This document shows positions 1 to 12,510 of a DNA stretch of 64,000 bases, piece after piece. The notes under the pieces were generated by a model. That model was not told where the DNA came from, ran no database searches, and worked only from the letters and a program-made list of their open reading frames with translations. The first letter of the stretch is position 1. Every line of letters begins with the position of its first letter. A program made the translations under genes and the position numbers. The stretch is from Octopus vulgaris (taxonomy: Eukaryota), in contig OX597819.1 of the NCBI GenBank assembly GCA_951406725.2, forward strand, positions 59,520,001-59,584,000, written 5' to 3'.

Positions 1-33
1 ATGAATTATTATTATTATTATTATTATTATTAT

Positions 34-551
34 TTTTTTCCTTCTTTCTTCAAATTTTCTTTCATTTCTCACCGAGTATTTTCTGTACACCTAGCGCAGA
101 GAAACTCATTGTATGCATTCCCAGATTACACACGAAAATTCACAGGTAATATATGTATTTTAAAAAAATTAATGAATAAATAAATTCATGAATGGATGTT
201 ATTTTCACAGCGATAATGCTCTTCTCAGTACATGAGCCGTTCCAGTTAGCATGATTTTTTGCATTTCCTGTAGGGATGGTAAGCTTGGTATCATTTTCAA
301 ATAGGCTTCAGTACCTTTTTTTTATCATTCCAAGAGATCCTACAATCACTGGTACTGTAGTCACCTTGAGATGCCACAATTTTTTCAATTTTTGTTAGCA
401 AGTCTTTGTATTTACTGATCTTGTCAAATTCTTTTGCCACTATATTGTGATCACAAGGAATACTCATGTCAATTAATAAACACTCCTGTTTTCTCTGATC
501 TTTTATAATAATATCCGGTTTATTAGCTTTTATAGTTTTGTCGGTATGTAT
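34..551 (-). mobile_element. 5'-truncated R4/Dong-like non-LTR retrotransposon (restriction-like endonuclease C-terminus plus 3' UTR)
   Basis: Minus-strand translation HTDKTIKANKPDIIIKDQRKQECLLIDMSIPCDHNIVAKEFDKISKYKDL, then after a frameshift GTEAYLKMIPSLPSLQEMQKIMLTGTAHVLRRALSL*. PD..D and K..KY pattern of RLE domains. Flanked by (ATT)n at 7-33 and 552-582. Confidence 0.85.
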
Positions 552-621
552 AATTATTATTATAATTATTATTATTATTATTGTTGTTGTTGTTGTTGTT
601 ATCATTATTATTACTATTGTT

Positions 622-1067
622 AAGGCGGTGAGCTGGCAGAACTGTTTAATACATCAGGCAAAATGCTTTGCGGTATTTCATCTGCCTGTGCGTTCTGAGT
701 TCAAGTTCTGCCAAGGTCGACTTTACCTTTCATCCTCTTGGGGTCGATAAAATAAACACTGAGGTTGATATTATCTACTTACTCCTTACACCAAAATTTC
801 AAACTTTGTGCCTATATTAGAAGGGATTATCATTATTATTATCATTATGTTAAGGTGGTGAGATAGAAGATCTGATAGCACGCTGGGCAAAATGCTTAGT
901 GGTATTTTACCTGTTACTACACACTCTGAGTTCAAATTATGCTGAGATCAACTTTGCCTTTCATCCTTTCAGATTTGATAAATTAAGTACCAGTGAAACA
1001 CTGGGGCTGTTGTAATTGATTGGTTCCCTCCCACAAAATTTTGGGTCTTGTGTCTATAGTAGAAAGG

Positions 1068-1068
<1 letters not shown>
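622..1068 (+). mobile_element. Two tandem copies of SINE family A (622-828, 851-1068)
   Basis: Head AAGGCGGTGAGCTGGCAGAA, B-box-like GAGTTCAA and central CTTTGCCTTTCATCCTTT..GATAAA..AAGTACCAG; the same unit recurs at 8071, 13059, 20021 and (minus) 44290-44470. Confidence 0.8.
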
Positions 1069-1118
<50 letters not shown>

Positions 1119-1471
1119 GAGTGAAAGAGCAATACATGCCATCAAAGGGGTACTGGGGTAAAATATACAAAGTCCAATATACCCATCATGACTACCTGTC
1201 TGATAAGGGTACACTAGGCACATGCATTACAACCATATGTGCATGGCATGGTGATCTCATATCAAGATAAACAGCACATGACCTTGCAGGTGGAGGCCAG
1301 TTAGAATTTTCTTCAGGTCAAATAATCCGTTCTGCTGAAAAGGTCCCTGAATAAGAGTTGTTTAAGGATGTTGAATGCAACACCCATGTTTCCAGAGGCA
1401 AATCATTCAAACCTCAAAGGAAGTCCTCTCAACACATGGCTATGATGCTTCCCCACTACTTCTGCTCGTGA
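1119..1471 (-). mobile_element. Non-coding segment associated with R4/Dong-like elements (probable 5' part)
   Basis: Homologous to 22880-23140, which is joined directly to an RLE coding end; abuts (ATT)n at 1068-1118. Orientation inferred from that second copy. Confidence 0.55.
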
Positions 1472-1483
1472 GGGCCATATTGG

Positions 1484-1789
1484 GCCGAGTTTGAGTACAT
1501 GCTCCAACTTGGCCTCATACGCCCCTCTACCAGCCCATGGGCATCTTCCCTTCACTTGGCATGAAAAGGAGAGTCTGATTTTCACCCGGTAGGAGATTAT
1601 CAATGCCTCAATGCAGTAACAATACCAGATCGATACACCATAAGAATTCTTCAGGATTTTTCAGTGAATTATCATGGCTGTACCATTTTTTCAAAAGATG
1701 ATCTTTTACATGCTTATCACCAAATACCAGTCAACCCAGCCGATGTTCTGAAAACTGCTATTACCACCCCTTTTGGGTGCTTTGAGTTT
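1484..1789 (+). mobile_element. Ty3/Gypsy reverse transcriptase fragment (decayed)
   Basis: AEFEYMLQLGLIRPSTSPWASSLHLA*KG..GDYQCLNAVTIPDRY..IFSKDDLLHAYHQIPVNPADVLKTAITTPFGCFEF matches the N-terminal motifs of Gypsy RT; one in-frame stop. Confidence 0.9.
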
Positions 1790-2763
1790 TGGGGGAACAA
1801 GCAAGGGTTGGTGCCAGGAAGGGCATCCTTTGATAGAAAATCTACCTCAACAAATTCTGTCTGATTCATGCAAGCATGGACATTAAAACGATGGTGGTGG
1901 TGGTGGTTTATACAGTGTGAGCCGATGGCCCAACATGTTCAACAGATCACTTAATGCACATGCTAAAGCAACTTCTTTTATAATATCTTGTTTTCTTTAA
2001 TACATATAATCTAAAACAGCAAAATAATAATGTGAAACATGTTGTACAACTCTAATGAAGTCTGAAAAAAAAAAACATAGCTTGAGTATATTGGCAAATA
2101 AATTTTTAAACACTTCCCCAGAATGCATAGTTCTGGCTTTGTTCAAGCATTGTTCCCATTCTTGATTCTTTTCTAAAAGATTCAGCGTCTGGCGTATGTG
2201 TTAAAATTTTTGCAGACAACATAGTTAACAGTAAGCATATTAAAACTTTCAGCACCTGCCTTGCTGAAGGCAATAATCTAAGATAAAAGTGCTCTCCCTC
2301 AGAAGTCTGCCCTGCTAATTATATATATATATATATATATATATGCATGTGCATGTGTGTTTGCTTTCAAGTGCAATCATAGCAGAGATAACAGTGAAAA
2401 AAGGTGGTGAAGGTGACCAGGATGCTCTCACTGTATTCTTCCCCTTCTACCTCACTTGCATTGTTGATACCCTCCTACCTCCCCTTCTCTTATTTCTCTG
2501 GGCTCCCTGCACTCACCTTCTGAACTTCCCCTCCTACATCTCTTTTCCACACTGACTCCTCCCTATGGTTTCTTTAGCTCCTCATTACTCTCTATCCCCT
2601 TCAAGCACCCCTCTCTTTACCTGCCCCTTACATAATATATGATCATATATAGATATATATAAATATAGGTAGATAGTTAGATAGATAGATATGTATACAT
2701 GATATAAAATATACATATTTATATATATATGTTTGTTATCATGTATATATATGATATCAATGT

Positions 2764-2890
<127 letters not shown>

Positions 2891-2902
2891 CACACACATG
2901 GT

Positions 2903-3283
2903 GGAGGCGCAATGGCCCAGTGGTTAGGGCAGTGGACTCACGGTCATAGGATCGCGGTTTTGATTCCCAGACCGGGCGTTGTGAGTGTTTATTGAGCGAA
3001 AACACCTAAAGCTCCATGAGGCTCCAGCAGGGGATGGTGGTGATCCCTGCTGTACTCTTTCACCACAACTTTCTCTCACTCTTACTTCCTGTTTCTGTTG
3101 TACCTGTATTTCAAAGGCCAGCCTTGTCGCTCTCTGTGTCACGCTGAATATCCCCGAGAACTACGTTAAGGATACATGTGTCTGTGGAGTGCTCAGCCAC
3201 TTACACGCTAATTTCACGAGCAGGCTGTTCCGTTGATTCGGATCAACTGGAACCCTTGTCGTCGTAACCGACGGAGTGCTTCC
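2903..3283 (+). mobile_element. tRNA-derived SINE family C, apparently full length
   Basis: A-box-like TGGCCCAGTGG and B-box-like GGTTTTGATTCCC; related copies at 11580-11872 (-) and 38031-38347 (-). Confidence 0.8.
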
Positions 3284-3587
3284 AATACACACATATATAT
3301 ATACACATATATATATACACATATATATATACACATATATATATACACATATATATATAATATTAATATTAGGGAGTATAACTCCAAACTTACAGGGGAA
3401 AATTCAATTTAGTATTAAATCAAATTTCACAATATAAATATATGATATATAAATTTATATATTGTTTATTCATTTTTGAACTTTTTGTGATCTAGTTATA
3501 TGTTTTTTAAAATTATATTTTATTTTTTATTTATGATTTGGTTTATGTCTATCATTGTTTGAATTACATAATAATGGTTTTTCTCTA

Positions 3588-3635
<48 letters not shown>

Positions 3636-3697
3636 AATTAGAGAAAATCCACTATTATGCAATATATATATATATATAATAGAATTCATAAGTATTA

Positions 3698-4205
3698 TAT
3701 TGGGTCATCCCATAAATAATGCAGATTTTTAAATATTTATTTTATTTATTTTATTTTTCAAAATTAAGATAAACAAAGTTCTTTTTTAAAATCTAAAATA
3801 TACTCTTCTTCATTTTCCACATGCTCTTCCATCTATCTGGTAGACTTGGAGGCTCCTCTTCCAAAATTCACTTCCCCATGATGAAAAAAATACTCCTCCA
3901 GTACTGTTCTGACTTCATTTACATAATTCATATTTTTTCCATCCAAATGATTTTGAAGACTGTGGAATAAATGATAATCAGATGGGGTAATATCTGGTGA
4001 ATATGGTGGGTGAGGCATCGTTGCCCATTCAAACTGCTCCAGCATTTGGAATGTCATCCTTGCTGTTTGTGGCCAAGCATTATCCTGATGGAAGAACACC
4101 TTTCGTCTTGTAACCAAAGATGGTCATTTTTCTTCTAGTGATAACTTAAGCTGCTAAAATTGCTCGCAGTAGATCTCCTTTGCTATTTGGTTTGGGTTTA
4201 AATGT
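3698..4205 (-). mobile_element. Mariner (DD34D) transposase 3' fragment with one TIR
   Basis: FFHQDNAWPQTA..MPHPPYSPDITPSDYHLFHSLQNHL (YSPDLAPxD motif); TA-TTGGGTCATCCCATAAATAATGC terminus near 3698. Confidence 0.9.
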
Positions 4206-4415
4206 TCAAATTTTTATATATAAAAAAAAATGGAGGTAGAAATAGCAAAGAATTAAATCTTAGACATTTCAGTATAAGAGAGAATTTAATCAAAGATTAT
4301 ATAAATAAAAATATTAATATTTCCAGTTTCGATGTATTTCACCATCTTATCAAATATTAGTACAAATTTATAAAAATTTGAAGAATTTGAAGTAAAAACA
4401 GTCTATTAGATATAC

Positions 4416-4447
<32 letters not shown>

Positions 4448-5479
4448 ATACATGTAAATAACAAATGAAAGATAGAAGATGGAATATATGAGAATATATT
4501 ATTAATGACAACAATTGTTTCGACACATCTAGCATTTTCTACCTTTCATTTGTTATTTACTTAATGATCACTCTGAAAGTGACTGTGCTTTACCAGTAAG
4601 CTACCAGGTGTTAAGCATTCATTTTATTATCCCTTATATACATATATATGTGTATGTATGTATATAAATACAAAAAGATACGATAATGATATATTAAGAT
4701 ATTAAGATATATTAAACACATAGTTTAAGTGGCTTGCTTACAAGTCAAAATCAAAAAGGAATTAATAAATAAAGGGTACAAAATAGTACCTACAATTGCT
4801 AGAAATAAGAGTCAAAATTAACTCTAAAGCCACAAAAAATACTAACTTCATTATATTTAGAGGAAGCGGGCACAGCAAGCTAAATTATCTTTCCCTTGTG
4901 AGATGAACTCACAAAAAGAAATAGTTGGACAAAGCTTTATCACGCCATTTCAAAATTTAACCAGTAAGGACTTGTTTCTCCCCAGAAGCATCTGCACGGA
5001 TGTGCGCGCATGTGCACACACACACACACACACACTCACACACACACACACTCACACACACACACACAAGAGAGTGTAACAGAGAGGCAACTGTGTTGGC
5101 AGCACACTAACAAGGGACATCAATGCAAGTAACAAGAACACTTTTCTTGCTAATACATTTTGTGCCAGATGGACAGACCCAGCTTCTATTATGATATAGA
5201 TTAGGAATATCAAAGTTGTGCAGGGGTAGAAATAGAAGAATGATAGCTAGTTCCTTAGAATAATGAATTCCAAGATCAACTTAATGAGCACCATTCATGT
5301 ACTGAATTCAATTAAAGTGACTAACAGAGGATGTCAGACTAGCAGAGAATGTAAGCTTCATACACAAAAGTGGAACAGTACATATTCTTCTACTTATTTC
5401 ATTCACCAGACTGCAACCATACCAGGGCACCACCTTGATGCTGTTATGAGCACATTGGAAATGTGTGCTCTTAAATGCC

Positions 5480-5648
5480 CAGATTGCTCACTAGAGCAAT
5501 CTCATCATCTCTTAGTATGCTTGGTGTATCCAACTCTCTTTCCCCACACTAACCATTTTGCTTAATCCTTCATCCCCAGAGTATTAGCCCTCTGGAATCT
5601 TTTCCCTGCTGATGTCTTTCCTGTACGTGTTAACTTGCAGCAGTTTAA
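5480..5648 (+). mobile_element. LINE (CR1/L2 group) ORF2 C-terminal fragment
   Basis: HTNHFA*SFIPRVLALWNLFPADVFPVRVNLQQF resembles the SFxPR..LWN.LP..VFP motif at the end of ORF2. Confidence 0.65.
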
Positions 5649-5829
5649 CCCTTTTGATACCATCCCACTTTGAGCAATATAAATTTGTTCTATGATATAA
5701 GCTTCACATCTTAAAGTGATCTAAATTACAACCTTAAATCAAAATGTCATGTTAATTTGTTCCCAATATCAGCTTCATAACGACAAAACAAAAACAATGT
5801 ATTTCAACAGAAATATGGCCACGAAAGGG
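5649..5829. mobile_element. piggyBac-type MITE
   Basis: TTAA-CCCTTTTG...CGAAAGGG-TTAA termini; related to 9062-9267 and 30494-30714. Confidence 0.75.
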
Positions 5830-6354
5830 TTAAATGGAACATTAATGGCATCAATTCCATCAGTTTCAGAAGCCCTGCAAAGAGCCCAGGCTTTGCCCCA
5901 GCCTCCAAACTCAGCAAAGAGAAAATACAAAGATCTGGTGTTTGGATATTTTTTTTACTCAACCACAAAATGCAACTGTACAATCTCTGGGAATGTTATG
6001 ATATTTAGTCACTGCTGATTATGCTAAAAATTCTCTGTCTTTGCATGTTCAGTCTTGAATAGGAAACAGATATCTGAGAAGCATTAAATATCTGGCAATG
6101 TCAATTCAACTCCATGTTTGGTTTTGCATTACTGTTGTCATAATCAACTGAGGACATGGCTACAGGTCATCAAAGCAATTTCACCTTCAGGTCAGCTGAG
6201 AATATGTCTCCTTCATTATATTATAAAACAGTTCTAAAGTGAATATGTAATATTTGAATATGTAATATTCAATTTGTCAGTAATAGAAGAATTCTGAGTT
6301 AGTAAGCTAATCATGGAAGGTGAAATGCTGTTGCAGTGCAGACAAATAACTATG

Positions 6355-6712
6355 CAGTCATGGCTGTATGGTTAAAATGTTTGCTTCTTGGCCAGGTAGA
6401 TTCATGTTCAGTCCCACTAAATGGTACCTTGGGAAAGTGTCTTCTACTATTGTCTTGGACCAATCAAAGCTTTGTGAGTGGATTTGGTACTCTTTTACTC
6501 TTTTACTTGTTTCAGTCATTTGACTGCAGCCATGCTGTAGCACCGCCCTTAGTCGAGCAAATCGACCCCAGGACTTATTCTTTGTAAGTCTAGTACTTAT
6601 TCTATCGGTCTCTTTTTGCTGAACCACTAAGTTACGGGGGTGTAACACATCAGCATTGGTTGTCAAGCAATGTTGGGGGGACAAACACAGACAAAAACTT
6701 AAGAAATACCAT

Positions 6713-6747
<35 letters not shown>

Positions 6748-7190
6748 GGGTGTTCCTGTGTGTGCATGTGTGTGTAACTGTATGTGTGTTTGTGTGAGTT
6801 CATATTTCCCCTTGTCATCACATTTATTTTCTGGTTGTTAACAATGGTATCACTGTCTATGCAAACAGTGCCATTTACTTGCAGTCCACTGCAAAAGCAT
6901 GTTTAGGTTTCTCAACATGTTTTAACATGACATATGATCTTTATAAATACAAAGGCTCATACATATTGCGTCATTTGTTTTAGATTCTCTGCATAACTAT
7001 GTTGGGATTGTTTGTTTTTCATGAGAATGGGAGATTATTATCTCCCTTGGAAACCAGTGGGATTTGGAATTAATTATGAAGTGCATCTGACCATAGAAAA
7101 CTCAATCCCAGTGCAGTTTCATCTAATCTAAGATCTAATCCATGCAAACATTGAAAAGTAGACATTAAAATGATAATGATAATGATGATA
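6355..7190 (+). mobile_element. Old chimeric SINE (family B head, RTE-type tail) interrupted by an inverted family B 3' half (6488-6693)
   Basis: Head TGGCTGTATGGTTAA..ACCTTGGGAAAGTGTCTTCTACTAT breaks at GGATTTGGTA, resumes after 6693 and ends in GACATTAAAATGATAATGAT. Confidence 0.6.
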
Positions 7191-7590
7191 ATATTTACAG
7201 AATTTAAACTTATTTCATTCTTATCTTGTTTTTATATTTTTTCCTTTACCTAGTTTTTGTCTGAAGGGCCAAGTTTTACTACATAAACCACATGCGTCAC
7301 ATAAACCAAACCCTAAGCTTCTCAACAAACAAACCACAATACAGAAAGAGCCATATATGGCTGTATGGTTGACAAATTGCTTTACAGCCATATTCATGGA
7401 TTGTGGGTTTTGTTCTCACAGAGCATTTCCTTGAACAAGTATCTTTTGCTATAACACCATGTTGACCAATACATTATTAGTTGAGTTGAATTTCATAGAT
7501 GGAAATTATCCAGGAGGCCACTGTGTGTATTACTAATGACCCTTACTGAAATTCACAATTCAGTACTTAAAACTTAATTATTTTCTACTA

Positions 7591-7805
7591 CAAGGGGCTG
7601 CTCAAAAGTTCCTGGCTTTAAGAGTATCACAAAAGACTTGGTTAGAGGCCAACCTTCCAAATCCTTTTACAGGGCTTAGAAAAACTGTAGGACTGCTGCA
7701 ATAAGCATGTGAATCTGAGAAGGGAATATGTTGAATAAAATCATAACTAAATAACCCTCCTGTATTTTCTTTTACCCAAAGCCAGGAGCTTTTCAGCACC
7801 CCTTG
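7591..7805 (+). mobile_element. Mariner-derived MITE (215 bp)
   Basis: TA-CAAGGGGCTGCTCAAAAGTTCCTGGCTTT ... AAAGCCAGGAGCTTTTCAGCACCCCTTG-TA inverted termini with TA TSD. Confidence 0.85.
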
Positions 7806-7814
7806 TATATATGT

Positions 7815-8010
7815 GACCGCGTATGTACCGTTGGCAATTTTTTTTCCTCTGTCTTCCCTTCTCTGGATCTTTCTTTCTCCTACGTTTCTGACGAAGAGTT
7901 CCGCTCGAAACGTTAAACCCTCCTTCTTCCCTTCCTTCCTGAGCGTCCAATAATACTATATTTGTTCCACGTCCTTGCGTTGTTGTGTTTTCATGTTTGG
8001 ATTAACTATA
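7815..8010 (+). mobile_element. Penelope-like pLTR fragment carrying a hammerhead motif
   Basis: Homologous to 11285-11530; contains a CTGACGA..GAAACGT core. Confidence 0.65.
7884..7918 (+). ncRNA. Minimal type I hammerhead ribozyme motif
   Basis: GTTT-CTGACGA-A-GAGT(TCC)GCTC-GAAAC-GTT-AAAC: stem I GTTT/AAAC, stem II GAGT/GCTC with one G-U, palindromic ACGT stem III, GUU cleavage triplet. Confidence 0.65.
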
Positions 8011-8032
8011 TATGTATGTATGTATGTATATG

Positions 8033-8070
<38 letters not shown>

Positions 8071-8073
<3 letters not shown>

Positions 8074-8290
8074 GCAGCAAACAGACAGAATCATTAGCAT
8101 GCAAGCAAAAATGCTTAACAGCATTTCATCATCTTTACATTCTGAGTTCAAATCCCACCAAGGTCAACTTTGCCTATTGTCCTTTTAGGGTCGATAAAAT
8201 AAGAACCAGCTGAGCACTGGGGTTGATGTAATCAACTTATCCCCCTCACCAGAAATGACTGTCCTTGTGCCAAAATTTGTAACCAATATT
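8071..8290 (+). mobile_element. SINE family A copy
   Basis: AAGGCAGCAAAC..CTGAGTTCAAATCCCACCAAGGTCAACTTTGCC..GGGTCGATAAAATAAG. Confidence 0.75.
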
Positions 8291-8430
8291 CAACTGTATG
8301 TGTATATATATATATAAATGGAGAGAGACAGAGAGAGAGAGAGAGAGAGATAATATAACAGTTATATTTCATTTTTAGCTTAGTAATTAACTTCCATTCT
8401 TCTGTTGTTGAGAAGCAGTATTTCAAAATA

Positions 8431-8980
8431 TTGGGTTGCCGATTTATAGTAGCTTACCTTTCGACTTATTTTAGAACATGGTTGAGTTCATAAAATAGGA
8501 TTTGACTACACCTCCATTTAGAGCACAGTTTCAGCTATCTTTTCATGGAAGAAGGTTTATGTTCCTATAACCTGTGTTAATTCTGTAACCCTTTAAAATG
8601 GAAGATAAAAAAGTTCATTTTCGGCACTTGATGTTTTGGGAACCAGACAAAAATTGCTGCAGCTCAGCTAGGATGTGATACCCAACCCTCCATATTCACT
8701 AGATATCTCTCCTTCAGATATCCACTTATTCAGGTCTCTGCAGAATAGTCTTAATGGTAAAAATTTCAATTCCTTGGATGACGTAAAAAGATACCTTGAT
8801 GAATTCTTTGCCATGAAACCACCTCAATTCTGGGAAAAGGGCATTTTCAAGTTAAAAGAAAGATGGAGACGCATGGTGCAACAAAATGTTTCATATTTGG
8901 TTGATTAAAAATGTAAAAGCAAGTATTTATTGACCTTTTCTCTCCTTTAAAAATCAGCACGAACTTTCCAGACAACCCAA
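8431..8980 (+). mobile_element. Internally deleted mariner element
   Basis: TA-TTGGGTTG ... CAACCCAA-TA ends; N-terminal MEDKKVHFRHLMFW at 8598 fused to C-terminal PPYSLDISPSDIHLFRSLQNSLNGK..ERWRRMVQQN. Confidence 0.9.
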
Positions 8981-9061
8981 TATTTCAGAATTACTAATAT
9001 TCAATATTTCATATCTCTTCACTCTTCACTTGCATTCTTGTCAGTTATATTTAATGTTTAA

Positions 9062-9267
9062 CCCTTTCGATGAAATCGTCTCTGGCTCTGTAGTACAAAT
9101 GTCTCGTTTTCATAAGTTTTGAATTAAAATCTTCCCTCAAACCTTAGTCACAATTTATGTTCCTAACACTTAATGATAACTAAGTAATTTTACTAAATTT
9201 TTTGTTATATTTAAAATTAATTGAAAGAAAAACAGAACATTTCAAAATAAATTTGGTAACAAAAGGT
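9062..9267. mobile_element. piggyBac-type MITE (opposite orientation to 30494-30714)
   Basis: TTAA at 9058-9061 and 9268-9271; CCCTTTCG terminus; body is the reverse complement of the 30494 copy. Confidence 0.8.
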
Positions 9268-10564
9268 TTAAGGGCCTAATCTACCTAATTTTAGTTGTTT
9301 AGTCCTCTGTCGTCTTTGATCCAGCAGTTCTATGATAAAAGACATTCCATTTATGGCTCTCTCTTTTGCTTGCCAGAATAGTGTATCTGTGGCAACATCA
9401 TCCAATGTCTTTCTTTTTTAAGAATGTAAGGTGTGAATTAAAGGCAATTTGATTAGCAACCCTAGCAGGTCAAAATGACTACATAGAGACTCCCTCACCA
9501 GCTCATCTGTAAAAAGATACCCTCTTTGCAACCCATTGCTGAAGATTTGGGGTATGTTTGTACTATGTAATTGATAACTGTTTTCATAGTTTGCAATGCT
9601 GATCTCAAATTCCATCTTCCTAGGGGTATTCTTCAACATCTTTTACTCAGGTGAAATCTATTACCCTAAATATTCTTGAGTTGTTCAATAAGAGTTATAT
9701 TACAGCCTCACAGGATGAGAATGTTTCTTAAAACATTTGGAAGAAATCACATACCATCTTCTCTTGGAGTAGGGCATTCACCTACTATTTCAATCCACGA
9801 AAGACAATATGCCATCTTCAGGATCGTCTCTACTCCAATTTATGGGTGAATCTTTCGATCCTTTGCCAAGATGACCCCAACGACATTTGCAGAACCATAA
9901 ACAAGATGGCTCAGTCAACAGACATTTTTCTCATACATCCAATGCATTTGTTGCTTGTTTTGCTTCAATTTCACTCAGCAAATACCCTACCACCACCACC
10001 ACCACCACCACCACCAAAAATAAATAAATAATAATCACCTATATGTCTCTCTTATCAAATTCCACCTGCCTCACCACCCATTACTAAATGCAAAAACTAC
10101 TTTTCTAACTTCAGCCATGAATGATTGTGTAAACATTACTGATGTCACATACTGAATGCATGTGTTTTGGTTATGCACTTAATAATTGCAAGATAAAGTT
10201 AGTGGAAAAATTCCTTTACGACATTGAATGTTAAAAAGCATTGAATACCACAAACCAAGGAAGACAACTCACTCCATAGGTAAATGAGAACAATAGATAT
10301 TAATATATCACTGTTATTTCAGCTCTTCAGCATCATATACCTAAGTCACTGTGAAACAAATTGGAATTGCTGGTCTGAGGTATATAAATGCAACAGTGCT
10401 GTACAAGTGAAACTAAAGTAAATTTTAAATTATAAGCAGCTCTAATAGGGTAACCATTACTAATGTCACATCTAATATAATAAATGCAGATGTCAATGTG
10501 CCACACTTTTTCAACTTTACTCCTAGAGGCTGTAGACCAACATATCATACCATTTTGGAATCAG

Positions 10565-10985
10565 GCAGACTCCATGAGTAAAATTAAAAACATTCTGGGC
10601 TGAATCCAGATCTGCAATCCTGAAATTTTGGATTCCCAAGTTTTCATTTCTGTGATTGTTTTCAACGATTCTTTTACATGATTTTTTTGCGACAAATTTT
10701 TTTGTACAATGACAATTTTTATAATCCAAAAGACAGCTCCATGAGTAAATCAAAAATATTCCAGGCCAAATCCAGACCCACACTCCTGAAATTTTAGATT
10801 CCAAAGTCTTCATTACTGACATTATTTACGGCAATTTTTTTACATGATTTTTTTGCGACAAATTTTTGTACAATAACAATTTTTATAACTTGAAAATAAA
10901 CTTTGGGAATAATTGAAATTAATTCCAAAATCCAGAAATTATTTTTTGTGAATTTTTTTACATGATTTTTTGCGACAAATATGAC
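10565..10985. repeat. Diverged ~165 bp tandem repeat (about 2.4 units)
   Basis: TTTTACATGATTTTTT(T)GCGACAAAT occurs near 10672, 10838 and 10957; CTCCATGAGTAAA..CCTGAAATTTT occurs twice. Confidence 0.8.
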
Positions 10986-11284
10986 CATCATTGTGATATG
11001 ACTCCGGAGGAAGCAATTGTAACAAATTCTCCAAAACAAGTGAGAGATCTGTTTGCAGATCTTCCTATTTGGGGTCAGTAGCTTAAAAGCTATATACTAG
11101 CTTAAAAACTGCCTGATGGGACAGGTTTTATTCTAATATTGAATGCATGTGATTTGTTTATGCACTTATTAACTGTAGGATTGCATCAGAGGAAAAGTTC
11201 CACTAAGAAGCCGAGTGTCAAAAACACAGCAGATAGACTCTACACTATTTGCATATATATATATATATAACCTACTTTGCTCTT

Positions 11285-11523
11285 GTTATCGTAAACTTCC
11301 GCCTTTCACCATGTGTACTTCGTAAACACCAGTCGTTTTTTTCTCCATCTCTTGTTGCCCACTTTGGGATCTTTCTTTCCTCTCTCTTCCTTCTTTATGT
11401 TTCCGACGAAGAGCTCCGCTCGAAACGTCATACCTTCCTGCTTCCATATTTCCTGAGCGCCTATTAATAATAATACTGTAATTGTTCCACATGTTGTTGT
11501 TTTTTTGTTTTCCCATTTGGATT

Positions 11524-11530
<7 letters not shown>
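11285..11530 (+). mobile_element. Penelope-like pLTR fragment with a mutated hammerhead (11399-11433)
   Basis: CCGACGAAGAGCTCCGCTCGAAACGTC: core U4 changed to C and stem I imperfect; homologous to 7815-8010. Confidence 0.6.
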
Positions 11531-11572
<42 letters not shown>

Positions 11573-11579
11573 GCACTCT

Positions 11580-11872
11580 TTTCAAGCCTAGCCAGGCTCA
11601 TGGGCTCAGTTTCCTGGTTTCTGTGGCATATGTGTTCCCCCAGCTGGACGGGACGTCAGTCCATTGCAGCGTTACTCAAGAAACAGGAAGAAAGAGTGAG
11701 AAAAAGTTGAGGCGAAAGAGTACAACAGGGGTCGCCACCAACCCCTGCTGGAGCCTCGTGGAGATTTTAGGTGTTTTTGCTCAATAAACACACACAATGT
11801 CCGGTCTGGGAATCGAAACCGCAGTCCTTCGACCGCGAGTCCGCTGCCCTAACCATTGGGCCATTTCACCTC
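11580..11872 (-). mobile_element. SINE with family C head and a different (V-domain-like) tail
   Basis: Head identical in type to 2903; tail on minus strand reads ATGGACTGACGTCCCGTCCAGCTGGGG..GAAACCAGG. Confidence 0.7.
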
Positions 11873-11879
11873 CACATAC

Positions 11880-11912
<33 letters not shown>

Positions 11913-12144
11913 TGTATATCTCAGACCAGTGATTCCATTTCATTTGAAGCTGACTCAGGTGTACAATGCTAAAGACCTGAAATGAGAGCAAAATATGAAT
12001 ATCCATCATTCTGGTTCACCCACAGGGGGAGAGTTGTCTCACCTGTTTGAGGAATTCAGTATTTTTTAAAGCTCAGTATTTGGTGTAATCCTGCAGCTAA
12101 TAAGTGCACAGACGAAATACATACGAGTATGTGACATCAGTAAT

Positions 12145-12510
12145 TCTTTTATTCTTTTATTCATTTCAGTCATTTGAATGCGGCCATGCTGGAGCGCCAC
12201 CTTTAGTCAAACAAATTGATCCCAGGACTTATTCTTTGTAAGCCTAGTACTTATTCTATCAATCTATTGCCGAACTACTAAGTATGGGGACATAAACACA
12301 CCAAGATGGGGGGGGGGGGCGGACAAACACAGACACACACACATATGATGGGCTTCTTTCAGTTTTCATTTACCAAATCTACTCACAAGGCTTTGGTCAG
12401 CCCAAGGCTATAGTAGAAGACACTTGCTCTAGGTACCACGCTGTAGGACTGAACCCAGAACCACGTGAATGGGAAGCAAGCTTCTTACCACACAGCCATG
12501 CCTGCACCTG
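12145..12510 (-). mobile_element. SINE family B, full length
   Basis: Reverse complement of the 24680-25111 type, including the internal microsatellite. Confidence 0.8.

Noticed and set aside
2903-2980. tRNA-like sequences here and at other SINE heads
   Set aside because: A and B boxes are present, but I could not fold a full cloverleaf and they continue into SINE bodies.
9500-9980. Possible host exon in non-repetitive-looking sequence
   Set aside because: No sustained frame; minus-strand KMEFEISIANY weakly resembles a decayed LINE RT motif, too weak to call either way.
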